64,000 bases of DNA, taken from contig JBAZFH010000003.1 in NCBI GenBank assembly GCA_041653535.1, forward strand, positions 66,771 through 130,770. Direction: 5' to 3'. Below the pieces are notes generated by a model. The model saw only the letters and a program-made list of their open reading frames with translations, was not told where the DNA came from and did not search any database. Numbering within the stretch: the stretch's first letter is position 1; every line of letters begins with the position of its first letter. The stretch comes from Patescibacteria group bacterium. Lineage in GTDB: Bacteria > Patescibacteriota > Patescibacteriia > JACRDY01. This document shows positions 46,769 through 58,888 of the stretch, one piece after another. The position numbers were made by a program, and so were the translations under genes.

Positions 46769-47977
46769 ATGGCTTTTTTCCAGTACAAAGTACAAGATAG
46801 TAGCGGTCGCATTTTTAAAGGATTGGTAGAAACAAGCAGTGAAGCCGACGCAAAAAATATTTTGGAAAACCAAAACTATAATATTTTGTTTATCAGAGAA
46901 GCAAAAAAGCGCAGTAAAATTTTGGATATTTTGCCATTTTTAGAAAGAGTTTCACCCAAAGATTTGGTCATATTTTCCAGGCAGTTATCTATTTTAGTTT
47001 CCGCCAATTTACCGCTAGTCGAAGCTCTTGATACGTTAGCACGGGAGACGAAAAGAGAAAAAATAAAAATAATTGTTTCTCGTGTTGCCGACTCTGTCGA
47101 AGGCGGTAAAAAATTATCCGAAGCCATGGCAGAGTTTCCTGAAGTTTTTAGCAATTTTTTTATAAAGCTTATTGAAACAGGAGAAAGAGTCGGCAAACTC
47201 GATGAGGTTTTGGAATATCTGGCAGACGAAGAAGAAAAAAGTTATGATCTCCGGGCGCAGATCAGGGGTATGCTGATTTATCCCGCTTTTATTTTTGTTG
47301 TAATGATCGGTATAGTTATTTTTTTGATGGTGTATGTCATGCCAAAAATGTTGAATATTATCAGAGACGCCAAGGCAGCGTTGCCGATTACCACCAGAAT
47401 ATTGATTGCAGTTAGCGATTTTATGCAGAATTATATCATTGTTTTAGCTTTAGGAATTGTTGGTTTGGTCGCTTTATTTTTTGTCTATACCAGGAGTGCC
47501 GGAGGGAAGGTTAAATGGGATAAATTTAAGTTAAATTTTCCTGTGGTCGGCAAGGTGATCCAAAATATTTCTATCGTTCGCCTTTCTAATAGCTTGTCAA
47601 TTTTACTTCAGGGAGGTGTCGACATGGTCAGTTCGCTTAAAACTGTCGCTGGGGTGATGGATAATAGTGAATATAATAAATTAATAGTTAAAGCGTCAAA
47701 AGAAGTGGAGGATGGAAGTTTTTTTGCCTTGACATTAGCAGACAGTAAATATATTCCCGACATGGTAACGGAGATGGTTAGAGTAGGGGAGCAAACCGGC
47801 AGGTTGGAAAATTCATTATCTCAAATTAGCTCTTTTTATACGCGGGAAGTAAAGCACTCTGTTACTAACCTTGTTGGCTTGATTGAACCACTCGTGATTA
47901 TTTTGTTGGGTGTCGGTGTTGCTGTTGTCGTTTCGGCGATGATATTGCCAATGTATCAGGTTGCTAGCGGAATTTAA
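46769..47977 (+). CDS. pilC: Type IV pilus platform protein PilC/GspF
   Basis: FSRQLS.L, GE..GKLD, YPAFI, VGEQTG.L, IEP. Confidence 0.93.
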   Translation: MAFFQYKVQDSSGRIFKGLVETSSEADAKNILENQNYNILFIREAKKRSKILDILPFLERVSPKDLVIFSRQLSILVSANLPLVEALDTLARETKREKIKIIVSRVADSVEGGKKLSEAMAEFPEVFSNFFIKLIETGERVGKLDEVLEYLADEEEKSYDLRAQIRGMLIYPAFIFVVMIGIVIFLMVYVMPKMLNIIRDAKAALPITTRILIAVSDFMQNYIIVLALGIVGLVALFFVYTRSAGGKVKWDKFKLNFPVVGKVIQNISIVRLSNSLSILLQGGVDMVSSLKTVAGVMDNSEYNKLIVKASKEVEDGSFFALTLADSKYIPDMVTEMVRVGEQTGRLENSLSQISSFYTREVKHSVTNLVGLIEPLVIILLGVGVAVVVSAMILPMYQVASGI

Positions 47978-48089
47978 AAATGCTATAATAAATAAGGAAA
48001 TTAAAATATATAAGTTAACTAATTTAAAGTTTTACGTCGTTTTTCAAAAAAAATAACGATGTATTAAAGAAAGGAGGTAAAACCATAAA

Positions 48090-48545
48090 ATGAAAAACAA
48101 AAAAGGTTTTACTTTGATCGAATTACTCGTGGTTATTGCTATTATCGGATTACTGTCTACTTTAGCGGTAGTGTCCCTAAACAGCGCTAGAGTTAAGTCT
48201 CGTGATGCTAAAAGGGTTGCTGATGTCAAACAAATCCAGACAGCGTTGGAATTGTTTTATTCTTCAAGATCATCTTATCCGGAAGCAGACTGTGATCTGG
48301 GAGCGTCCGGCGGGTGTGTTTGTCTTGACGATGCTGGTTTTGGTAGCAGTACTTGTAGTACGGCGCCTGTTTATATGGGATTGATTCCTGGTGGTCCGTC
48401 CGAGAACGAATATTATCACTATACTGGTTCCGACACGTCACCACAGGATTACACCATTACTTTCACTTTAGAGGGCAAAACCGGCACTTTACCTGCTGGA
48501 AATTGCACTGCCACTTCGGCTGGTATGACTTGCGCTGCTTTATAA
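48090..48545 (+). CDS. Type IV pilin, probable major pilin
   Basis: KKG/FTLIELLVVIAIIGLL, ARVKSRDAKR.AD; strong AAGGAGGT RBS and its own terminator. Confidence 0.92.
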   Translation: MKNKKGFTLIELLVVIAIIGLLSTLAVVSLNSARVKSRDAKRVADVKQIQTALELFYSSRSSYPEADCDLGASGGCVCLDDAGFGSSTCSTAPVYMGLIPGGPSENEYYHYTGSDTSPQDYTITFTLEGKTGTLPAGNCTATSAGMTCAAL

Positions 48546-48567
48546 ATGTATAGATAGGAAATAATAT

Positions 48568-48603
48568 AAAAATAACCCCACGTTTTTGCGGGGTTATTTT
48601 TTT
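48568..48603 (+). terminator. Intrinsic terminator after the pilin gene
   Basis: aaaaataacccc...ggggttattttttt. Confidence 0.8.
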
Positions 48604-48634
48604 CTTCAAAAAATGGTAAAATAAAGACAGTTTT

Positions 48635-49387
48635 ATGGACATGATAAATTTTTTATTTATAGCTATTTTAGGCTTAGTAATTGGTAGTTTTTTAAATTGC
48701 CTGGTTTGGCGGATAAATACTAAAAAGGGTATTTGGCTGGGTCGTTCGGTTTGCCCGCGATGCAGTCATGCTTTGGATTGGAAGGATCTGGTTCCTTTGG
48801 TAAGTTGGTTTTGTCTTGGCGGCAAATGTCGGTATTGCCGGCAAAAAATATCATGGCAGTATCCGGCAGTAGAGATGCTGACCGTCGTTGTTTTTGTTTT
48901 AATGTATTTCAAATTCGGTTTTACCTTGACCTTATTAGCTAACCTAATTACCGCTTCTTTTTTGATCGTTATTTTTATTTATGATATAAAATATTATCTA
49001 ATTTTAGATCGGGTAAGCTTGCCTGCTATAATATTCGCGATTTTTTCTGTTTTGGTTTTTAATTATGGTTTTATGAATCACTTGGCAGCTGCTGTAATAG
49101 GGTCGGGTTTTTTTGCTTTGCAATATTTTTTATCCGGCGGCAGATGGGTCGGCGGAGGAGATATCCGTTTGGGTTTTTTGATGGGCGTTGTTTTAGGTCT
49201 GCCGCAAGTTGTCGCGGCGATTTTTATCGCTTATTTTCTCGGAGCGATAGTAGGAGTGGGACTGCTTTTGACGAAAAAAAAGAAAATGGGGTCCGAAGTT
49301 CCTTTTGGCGCTTTTTTAGTGCCGGCAACGTTGATAGTTATTTTATATGGTAACCAGATTATGAACTGGTATTGGTCTATATTATGA
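48635..49387 (+). CDS. pilD: Prepilin peptidase (A24)
   Basis: GSFLN, RSVCPRC, GKCRYC, ISWQYP.VE, GGGDI.L, PFG.FL. Confidence 0.95.
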   Translation: MDMINFLFIAILGLVIGSFLNCLVWRINTKKGIWLGRSVCPRCSHALDWKDLVPLVSWFCLGGKCRYCRQKISWQYPAVEMLTVVVFVLMYFKFGFTLTLLANLITASFLIVIFIYDIKYYLILDRVSLPAIIFAIFSVLVFNYGFMNHLAAAVIGSGFFALQYFLSGGRWVGGGDIRLGFLMGVVLGLPQVVAAIFIAYFLGAIVGVGLLLTKKKKMGSEVPFGAFLVPATLIVILYGNQIMNWYWSIL

Positions 49388-49905
49388 CTGTAAAAAATAA
49401 AAAAGGTTTTACTTTAATTGAAATGCTCGTTACGTTATCGATTATTTTAGTTATTGGTTTTTTAGCCATACCCGGGTCTTTTGACAGAGAAAGCAAACTC
49501 GCCGATGTTCAGGCGCCGTATTTTACTATCCAGACGGATATAGTTTATATGCAGGCAAGGGCAATCAATGGTCAGACAATCAATATAGATGGACAAAAAG
49601 TGGTGCCAGCTTATTATTGGATGGTGGTTAACGATCATGGCTATACTTTAGGCGCTGGTGATAATATTATTGACATGAACGTGATTAAGACTGTTGATTT
49701 GCCTCAGATAAATTTTTCACCAGTCGGTTGTGTGTTAAAAATAGCGCCATACGACTTTTTGCCGGAAGCTGAAAATTGTAATTCTATAGACAATAAAGTA
49801 ACTTTCAACGCCCAAAGCGATTTTTTTTCGCCGCCAGGGTTAATATTGGATTTGACTAATGGCAATATAACCGAAGAGAGGTCTATAAATTATTTTTATG
49901 AATAA
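49384..49905 (+). CDS. Minor pilin (FimT/GspH-like position)
   Basis: KKG/FTLIEMLV class III signal. Confidence 0.85.
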   Translation: MTVKNKKGFTLIEMLVTLSIILVIGFLAIPGSFDRESKLADVQAPYFTIQTDIVYMQARAINGQTINIDGQKVVPAYYWMVVNDHGYTLGAGDNIIDMNVIKTVDLPQINFSPVGCVLKIAPYDFLPEAENCNSIDNKVTFNAQSDFFSPPGLILDLTNGNITEERSINYFYE

Positions 49906-50494
49906 GGTATTAAAAAATAAAAAAGGGCAAACTTTACTGGAAATAGTTTTTGTTTTACTGATTTTGCTTTCCGCGGCAACTGTTTTAATGTCTACTTATT
50001 TTTATTCTAATCGAGCGCAAGGAGTCGATCTGCGTCAAAGCCTTGGTTCTCAGTTTGCTCGCGAGGGTTTGGATTTTGTGCGCAATCTTCGTGACAGTAA
50101 TTGGCTAAATCCAGATAAAGATTGGAGTGACGGTTTGATTTCTACGGATAACCCGGACAATGTCAGCAGAGCGCGGTTAGAGTGGGATCCGACGAGTGGC
50201 AGTGTTAATCTAAACTTTTTAGTCAATGATATTACCGAATCTCAGATTTATAAGCATAACAATGAAAATGGATTTTATTTTAATTATGATGCCGCTGCCG
50301 GCGAAGCAACGGGATATTATCGTTTGATGGAAATAGAAAAAATTTGTGACCAACAAAATTTTCCGCCGCAAACACCTTGCCAGAATGGTGATTTATTAGT
50401 CGGTGTTAAGGTAACTGCTGTGACGCAGTGGTCTGGTCAGCCGGGGCAAACAAAGGAGTATCGTTTATCTGACTATTTGTATAATTGGAAATAA
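49898..50494 (+). CDS. Minor pilin (PilV-like)
   Basis: KKG/QTLLE; A.EG...VRN.RD.NW; ends L..YLYNWK. Confidence 0.82.
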   Translation: MNKVLKNKKGQTLLEIVFVLLILLSAATVLMSTYFYSNRAQGVDLRQSLGSQFAREGLDFVRNLRDSNWLNPDKDWSDGLISTDNPDNVSRARLEWDPTSGSVNLNFLVNDITESQIYKHNNENGFYFNYDAAAGEATGYYRLMEIEKICDQQNFPPQTPCQNGDLLVGVKVTAVTQWSGQPGQTKEYRLSDYLYNWK

Positions 50495-50496
50495 GT

Positions 50497-51108
50497 ATGA
50501 ATAAAAAGGCAAAAGAGAAGCGTGGTTTTACTCTATTGGAAACATTGATAGCGATGTCTATTTTTATCATCATTTTTATTTCTGTCATTGGCATTTATCT
50601 TAATACCAGGAAAAATTTTGACGTGGTGAGCAGGCGAGCGACTGTAAACAATGAAAGCCGGATTTTAATCGAAAGAATAGCGCGCGATATTCGTTTTAAC
50701 GAGATTGATTATGCTGCCGCTGGTTGGTTGGATCCAAACGGCGACGGGATTACTAATGAGATCCGTTTGATTAATGAAGATGGGAAGATGATAGGTTATA
50801 AGATTGCCAGTGATCAAACGGTTTGCGGTGCAGTCGGCGTTGTTTGTTTGATGTACGGCGCTCAAGACCAGGAAGGTAATTTTTCTTGGGCGAAGATTGA
50901 CAACGTTAGTAATTTTGGTAACGGAGGTATGAGTTTTATTGTTTGGCCGACCGTCAGTCCCTTTTTGGATTTAGACGGCAACGGAGTTTTTGATTCCAAT
51001 ATTCAGCCGCGAGTAACGATAAGTTTCGGCATTGTTGACGACAGCGCCAGGGGTGGTTGGTCGGATTTTGGTCAAACTACGATTTCTTCACGGGTTTACA
51101 AACGATAA
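50497..51108 (+). CDS. Minor pilin (PilW-like)
   Basis: RG/FTLLETLIAM; ERI.RDIR; QTTISSR. Confidence 0.85.
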   Translation: MNKKAKEKRGFTLLETLIAMSIFIIIFISVIGIYLNTRKNFDVVSRRATVNNESRILIERIARDIRFNEIDYAAAGWLDPNGDGITNEIRLINEDGKMIGYKIASDQTVCGAVGVVCLMYGAQDQEGNFSWAKIDNVSNFGNGGMSFIVWPTVSPFLDLDGNGVFDSNIQPRVTISFGIVDDSARGGWSDFGQTTISSRVYKR

Positions 51109-51111
51109 AAT

Positions 51112-51867
51112 ATGATTTTTATAAAAAATAAAAAAGGAAATACGCTAATCATTTCTTTGTTTGTAGTTTTGGTGTTACTTGCCGAAACAATATTTTTGAC
51201 CAATCAAGTGATAACTTCTTTTCAAGAAGGAAGATTGATAGACAACTCTTTTACCGCTTGGTATCTGGCAGAGTCGGGGGCGGAAAATGTTTTATACCGG
51301 ACGCGACGAAAAGAAGATTTTAGCGTTCCGCAGGAAGTTTCTCTCGATAATGGGCAGATAAAATTTGCTATAAAAACAGAACAGTCGGTAACTGTCGATA
51401 TTTTACGTAACGATTTTTATCAGTTAGATTTTTTTGATATTCCTCTAGACCAGGCGGTAACCGGTATAAGCTTACAAACCACTGATTCGTCGGGTGCTAG
51501 TTCGCTGGAAGTTTTTTCTACTTCTTGGAGTTCTGCTATCAGTGCCGGAGTGCCAGCGACAAATGTTTTTGGTCCTTATGGAGTATCGATATTGCAAGAA
51601 GGTGTTGATGTTCAACTAGGATTACAACCTGGTCTTTATCATCGAGCAAAGCTAAAAGCGCTTTTTGGCGATGTTAAGGGCTTGACGATTACCGCTTATG
51701 GTTATAACGGCGAGCAACTTGATTTACCGACGCGTTTGATATTTGGCACTGAAGGTTATTTCGCCAACAGCAGTCAAAGAATTAAGGTGAGTATGCCGAA
51801 AAATCCTCCAATTTACGGCTTGTTTGACTACGTTTTATTTTCCGAGGAATCGATTGAGAAAGAATAA
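51112..51867 (+). CDS. PilX-like pilin
   Basis: KKG/NTLI with no Glu5, AWYLAESGAE. Confidence 0.8.
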   Translation: MIFIKNKKGNTLIISLFVVLVLLAETIFLTNQVITSFQEGRLIDNSFTAWYLAESGAENVLYRTRRKEDFSVPQEVSLDNGQIKFAIKTEQSVTVDILRNDFYQLDFFDIPLDQAVTGISLQTTDSSGASSLEVFSTSWSSAISAGVPATNVFGPYGVSILQEGVDVQLGLQPGLYHRAKLKALFGDVKGLTITAYGYNGEQLDLPTRLIFGTEGYFANSSQRIKVSMPKNPPIYGLFDYVLFSEESIEKE

Positions 51868-53915
<2,048 letters not shown>

Positions 53916-53916
<1 letters not shown>

Positions 53917-53969
53917 AAACCCCGCTAGGATTTTTCTCTTCCGAGACTGTCCTTTAAGGCGGGGGTTTT
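53916..53969. terminator. Long-loop bidirectional terminator-like hairpin
   Basis: aaaaccccgc...gcgggggtttt. Confidence 0.6.
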
Positions 53970-53971
53970 GT

Positions 53972-54068
53972 TTTATGGAGGCGTTTCCGGCGCTTTATTC
54001 CACAACGAAAGGAGGTGTTTCTGTATCACAGATTTGCAGACCCGTGTTACGACGCCGGAAACACCATA
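53972..54068 (-). ncRNA. Candidate small RNA with an anti-Shine-Dalgarno stretch
   Basis: Minus-strand promoter TTTACA-N17-TAAGCT (54104-54076), 10-bp closing stem 53983-53992/54053-54062, internal CACCTCCTTTC, downstream hairpin; no convincing ORF. Confidence 0.4.
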
Positions 54069-54388
54069 TGAACGTAGCTTACAGCAATTTTTTTTACTTG
54101 TAAAGACACAAAAACCCCACATTTTGTTATGAGGTTTTGATTAGAATGAAGAGATGTCTACTCAAGTGTCATTTTTTTAAAGATATCCTTGAGTTCCGAT
54201 TTCTTGGGATAGCTGTTGACTGCACTATATTTGCGTCCGATTATGCATTGTGCCACCGGTAAGACATGGTATTTACAAGACACCGCGAAAATATTTTAGC
54301 CTATTGTCCGGTTTTATCAAATAATGCTGTTTTATTTGTCACAAGCCATTATTATTTGCTATAATACTTTTGTTAATCAGCAATATTT

Positions 54389-54688
54389 ATGTCTAAACTT
54401 AGCATAAAGGAGATAGAGCATATCGCTGCCTTGGCTCGGCTAGAGTTAAAGGAAGAAGATGAGAAGAAGTTTGCTAAACAACTTTCTTCCATTTTGAGTT
54501 ATGTTGATCGTTTGTCTGAGGTGGAAACAGACGGGATTTTGCCTATAGCACAAGTGACTGGTTTGGAGAATGTTTGGCGCGACGACGAAGTTGTTGATTG
54601 TTCGATCGAAGAAAAAAATAAAATATTTGATAATTTTCCCACTAAGGACGGGAGGCATATTAAGGTAAGGGGAGTGTTTGAAGAATAG
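54389..54688 (+). CDS. gatC: Asp/Glu-tRNA amidotransferase subunit C
   Basis: HIAALARL, QLSSIL.YV..L.EV.T, N.WRDD; upstream of gatA. Confidence 0.93.
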   Translation: MSKLSIKEIEHIAALARLELKEEDEKKFAKQLSSILSYVDRLSEVETDGILPIAQVTGLENVWRDDEVVDCSIEEKNKIFDNFPTKDGRHIKVRGVFEE

Positions 54689-54767
54689 AGGGGAGATCAG
54701 GAGATGAAGATGTTGAGAAATTGAATATAAGCATCGTTGCGGGTTTTTTATTTTTTTATTTCTAATC

Positions 54768-56225
54768 ATGAATCTAAACGAACTAACAATTAGACGGGCT
54801 CACGAAGGATTGCGCAAAAAAGAGTTCAGCGCGGTAGATCTTTTGGAATCTTGTCTGGAAAGAATAGTGGCTGTTGATGACAATTATGTCAATGCTTTTT
54901 TGTCGGTGACCGAAGATTTAGCACGAAAGCAGGCCACGAAAGTTGATGGTAGGATAAAATCTGGAGAAGAAATCGGGATTTTGGAAGGGATTCCAATTGC
55001 CATTAAGGATAATATCAATATCGCTGGAGAGAAAACTACCGCGGCATCAAAAATTTTGGAAAATTATATCGCGCCTTATGACGCAACAGTGATAAAAAAA
55101 CTCAGAGAGGTCGGTGCGGTATTGATCGGCAAGACTAACCTTGATGAATTTGCTCATGGCGCTTCAACGGAAAATTCCGCTTTTTTTACTACTCATAATC
55201 CTTGGGATACGCAAAGAGTGCCTGGAGGATCTTCCGGCGGTTCAGCAGCAGCGGTAGCGGCTAGCGAATGTATCGCTGCACTTGGTTCTGATACCGGAGG
55301 ATCAATTCGTCACCCGGCGGCTTTTTGCGGGGTGACTGGGTTGAAACCAACCTATGGTCGGGTTTCTCGTTACGGATTGCTGTCCATGACTTCGTCAACC
55401 GATGTGATCGGTCCGATCGCCAAAAATGCGCAAGACGCAGCCATCTTGCTTAGTGCTATTGGCGGTTTAGATAAAAAAGATTCAACAACCGTTGATCAAC
55501 CGCTGGAAGATTATCTGAAAGAATTAGACAGGGTAAGGGGTCTGACTATCGGTCTGCCAAAAGAATTTTTTTCCAAAGATTTAAATCCGGAAATTGCCGA
55601 GATGGTTCGGCGCGCCGCCGTATTATTTGAAGAAAATGGTGCCAGGATCGAAGAAGTATCATTGCCACATAGCCAATATTCGATCGCTATTTATTATATT
55701 TTGACACCTTCGGAAATATCGGCTAATTTGGCGCGTTATGATGGTATTCGTTTCGGTTATCAAAACAAGGAGGCAAAAAAACTTTTTGAAGTTTATGCTA
55801 AAAGTAGAGGGGAAGGTTTTGGTCCGGAAGTTAAACGGCGAATTATGCTCGGCACTTATGCGTTGTCTGCCGGATATTACGACGCTTATTATCTGCAGGC
55901 GCAAAGAGTGCGCAGCGTGATTCAAAAAGAGGTGAATAAGGTGCTGGAAAAAGTTGATGTAATTTTGACGCCATCAGCGCCGCACACAGCCTTTAAAATA
56001 GGCGAACAATCTGACGATCCGCTCAAAATGTATCTTGAGGATATATATATGGGACTGGCAAGTATTTTAGGTTTGCCGGCAATTTCCGTGCCTTGTGGTT
56101 TTATCAACGGACTGCCTGTTGGTATGCAGCTGATCGGTAGGCAGTTTGCCGAACGCGATGTTTTGTATTTAGCTAATAAATATCAGGAGTTGACTGATTG
56201 GCATAAACAGACGCCGAAAATATAA
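54768..56225 (+). CDS. gatA: Asp/Glu-tRNA amidotransferase subunit A
   Basis: PGGSSGGSAAAVA, LGSDTGGSIR, EVKRRIMLGTYALSAGYYDAYY. Confidence 0.97.
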   Translation: MNLNELTIRRAHEGLRKKEFSAVDLLESCLERIVAVDDNYVNAFLSVTEDLARKQATKVDGRIKSGEEIGILEGIPIAIKDNINIAGEKTTAASKILENYIAPYDATVIKKLREVGAVLIGKTNLDEFAHGASTENSAFFTTHNPWDTQRVPGGSSGGSAAAVAASECIAALGSDTGGSIRHPAAFCGVTGLKPTYGRVSRYGLLSMTSSTDVIGPIAKNAQDAAILLSAIGGLDKKDSTTVDQPLEDYLKELDRVRGLTIGLPKEFFSKDLNPEIAEMVRRAAVLFEENGARIEEVSLPHSQYSIAIYYILTPSEISANLARYDGIRFGYQNKEAKKLFEVYAKSRGEGFGPEVKRRIMLGTYALSAGYYDAYYLQAQRVRSVIQKEVNKVLEKVDVILTPSAPHTAFKIGEQSDDPLKMYLEDIYMGLASILGLPAISVPCGFINGLPVGMQLIGRQFAERDVLYLANKYQELTDWHKQTPKI

Positions 56226-56228
56226 ACT

Positions 56229-56672
56229 ATGACTATTACTTTTAACTCGGTTGACTATATCGTCATGATTATTATTGCTGCTGCGATAATAGTTGGTTTG
56301 GTTTTTTGGTTTGTCAAAAAATCACACCCCGCGCCAATAGATGATTTTTCTGCCAAAAAAATCAGTGAAGAATGGTTGCAGATCGAGGAGCTAATTAAGC
56401 AGGATTCACCTAATGCTTGGAAGCTAGCCGTGCTGGAAGCGGATAAACTGGTTGACTATGCACTTAAAACATTAGCTGTTCCTGGTAAAGATTTCGGCGA
56501 ACGGATTCGTGCTATCAATTATCAGTTACCTAGTATTAGAAATGTTTGGCCGGCACATATAGTACGTAATAAACTGGTTCATGAGTCAGATTATCAGTTG
56601 GATAAAAAAACGGCCGTTCGTTCGGTTCAACAGTTTAAAGAAGCGTTAAAGACATTAAAGGTTTTAAAATAA
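56229..56672 (+). CDS. Conserved hypothetical single-TM protein
   Basis: N-terminal TM; AVLEADKL.D, G..FGER, W.AH.VRNKLVHE (HEPN-like RxxxxH). Confidence 0.75.
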   Translation: MTITFNSVDYIVMIIIAAAIIVGLVFWFVKKSHPAPIDDFSAKKISEEWLQIEELIKQDSPNAWKLAVLEADKLVDYALKTLAVPGKDFGERIRAINYQLPSIRNVWPAHIVRNKLVHESDYQLDKKTAVRSVQQFKEALKTLKVLK

Positions 56673-56677
56673 ACATT

Positions 56678-57832
56678 ATGTTTAGGCGTTTGGTTGTTAT
56701 TATTGTTATTGTATCGTTGATTTTTCCTAGGATTTCTCTTGCTGATTTCAGATATGACCTTGGTTTGCAACAGGGAGATATTAGGATTTCCGGCGGGCAG
56801 ATGATAATCGGTAAAACAATGAACGTTATTGCTCGGATTCATAATTATGGCACGGAAGACGTCCGTGGCTATTGTACTTTTTACGCCGACGATGTACCAC
56901 TTGGCAGTTCTCAGGAAATCTCGGTGTTGTCTGGTACTTATGACGATGCTTGGGTAGAGTTTATCGTTCCTCAAAATTCTTTTAACATTCGTGCCATCAC
57001 TTATCTTAATGAACATACAGACGAAAACGTTTCAAATAACGAACAGCAAACGGTTATGTTTGTTCCCGATATTGATACTGACGGTGACGGCATTGGTGAT
57101 TTGTCTGATTTTGATGATGATAATGACGGATTTTTGGATATTGACGAGACAAACAATTACCGCACTGATCCGAGAAAAGCCGATACTGACGGTGATGGTT
57201 GTCCCGATAACAGCGATCAATTTCCCTTGGATCCCATAAAGTGCAATGAGCAGGTGATAATAAAAGATATTGTTCCGGCTGCGATAGAAAAAATTGTTCC
57301 GACTACTAAATCAGTCGCGTCTGAAAAAGAATTAGTAAATAATAATAAACAGACGGTTGAATCTACTACTGTCGATGAAAATGGCGACGTTGTTGTTTTA
57401 GCAGGTGAAGATATTAAAGTATTAGGGGAAGAAACCGATCAATTGATTACTGGATTGGAAATATCGGCAGTGCAGATTGGTTGGTCGAAGTATAAATTTC
57501 AGTCGGATATTCCCGGAGAGTATTGGGACCAGTTTAGTTACGTTTGGATTTTTGGTGACGGTAGACAATCAGTTGATCGCTTAGCCGTTCATCGTTTTTT
57601 TGGCGCTGGTGATTTTACCGTGAAATTGCGGGTAGAAGACAAACAGAGAAATGGCTGGGAAGCTCAGACAAACATAAGTATCTCTTGGTGTAATCCGGGA
57701 AATTGGCAGCTATGGTTGCTTATTTTGTTTCTTTGTGTTATACTTATTTCATTGGTTTATTTTATAGAAAAATCTAGGGCTACTAAAGTAAAAAATAGAT
57801 TAAAAAGAATAATAAATAAAAAAATAATATGA
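56678..57832 (+). CDS. Surface protein with CARDB-like, Ca-binding (TSP3-like) repeats, PKD domain and C-terminal TM
   Basis: DE...NN; DTDGDGIGD..D.DDDNDG; W.FGDG......HRF..AG.FTV.L. Confidence 0.8.
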   Translation: MFRRLVVIIVIVSLIFPRISLADFRYDLGLQQGDIRISGGQMIIGKTMNVIARIHNYGTEDVRGYCTFYADDVPLGSSQEISVLSGTYDDAWVEFIVPQNSFNIRAITYLNEHTDENVSNNEQQTVMFVPDIDTDGDGIGDLSDFDDDNDGFLDIDETNNYRTDPRKADTDGDGCPDNSDQFPLDPIKCNEQVIIKDIVPAAIEKIVPTTKSVASEKELVNNNKQTVESTTVDENGDVVVLAGEDIKVLGEETDQLITGLEISAVQIGWSKYKFQSDIPGEYWDQFSYVWIFGDGRQSVDRLAVHRFFGAGDFTVKLRVEDKQRNGWEAQTNISISWCNPGNWQLWLLILFLCVILISLVYFIEKSRATKVKNRLKRIINKKII

Positions 57833-58434
57833 CCGAAGAAAAAAATGGTTTACAGCCAAAAAAAGGTTTTGTTTTAGGGATAGTTATTGGTATTGCCGTT
57901 GTCGGCATTCTGTCTCTTATTGGCGCTTTTGTTTTGATTGCTACTAGCGGTGAGGCAGATATTACTGTAGCTGGTGAAAGCGTTGTTCAAGGAAGTAATA
58001 TTGTCGCTAAAAATAACGATCCATTGGCCGGTGTCGCAGCCGCCAGTTCTTTTCAGGAAAAAGTAGATGCCCAAATTTGTAAGGAAGATGGAAAACCGGT
58101 GGTATATTTATTCTCTACTACTGGTTGCCCTCATTGTAAGTGGGTAAAGCCGGCTTTTGATGAGATTGCCGATAAGTATGTCAAAGAAGGGAAGATAGTC
58201 GCGTATCATTGGGAGCTTGATACCGGTGATGATACTTTGACTTCAACGGTGGAAACCGCCACTGACCCAAATCATGAAGCGATTTATACTCAATTCAATC
58301 CGGAAGGAACTGTCCCAACTTTTGTTTTTGGTTGTAAATATTACCGTATAGGTACTGCCCATGAACAAGACAGTTTTGGTTTAGACGGCGAAAAAGCCGA
58401 GTTTGAGGCTTTAATCCAGGAGTTGATTAAGTAA
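57829..58434 (+). CDS. Membrane-anchored thioredoxin-fold protein
   Basis: N-terminal TM, CPHC, cis-Pro loop TVPTFVF. Confidence 0.82.
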   Translation: MTEEKNGLQPKKGFVLGIVIGIAVVGILSLIGAFVLIATSGEADITVAGESVVQGSNIVAKNNDPLAGVAAASSFQEKVDAQICKEDGKPVVYLFSTTGCPHCKWVKPAFDEIADKYVKEGKIVAYHWELDTGDDTLTSTVETATDPNHEAIYTQFNPEGTVPTFVFGCKYYRIGTAHEQDSFGLDGEKAEFEALIQELIK

Positions 58435-58573
58435 TATAGATACAAAAAAATAGTAAACGGTGGTTAAAAGCCGCCGTTTTTTAGTTATTGAATGTTTGGT
58501 TGAAATGATATAAGATAGATATCAGCAAGTTATGAGTAAAATGGCGCTTTTATTACCGGAATAAATCCGTAGT

Positions 58574-58661
58574 GGAGGGATCGCATAGCGGTCGAGTGCG
58601 CTCGCTTGGAAAGCGAGTATATCGAAAGGTATCGGGAGTTCGAATCTCCCTCCCTCCGCCA
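58574..58661 (+). tRNA. tRNA-Ser(GGA)
   Basis: Acceptor GGAGGGA/TCCCTCC, anticodon arm ctcgc-ttGGAaa-gcgag, long variable arm, GTTCGAA, encoded CCA. Confidence 0.97.
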
Positions 58662-58888
58662 TGGATTTATTTGCATGATCAATAGTTCGTGATCAGTACA
58701 AGAAATTTTGATTATTTAGAGGTACTTAATCAGGTCGAAGGGTTAAGGCTTTTAGTTGCAATATTTGAAAAAAAATATTTTATTTCAATTGTCATAAGAT
58801 GTAACTAATAAATTTTTTACCACAAAAGATAAGTTTATTAATTGGATTAAAGAGGTTGAGGTTGCTTTATAGAATTATAAAAATTAGT

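Noticed and set aside
53975-54103. 42-codon plus-strand ORF across the candidate sRNA
   Set aside because: No RBS upstream of its ATG; the SD-like sequence is internal and has no suitably spaced start.
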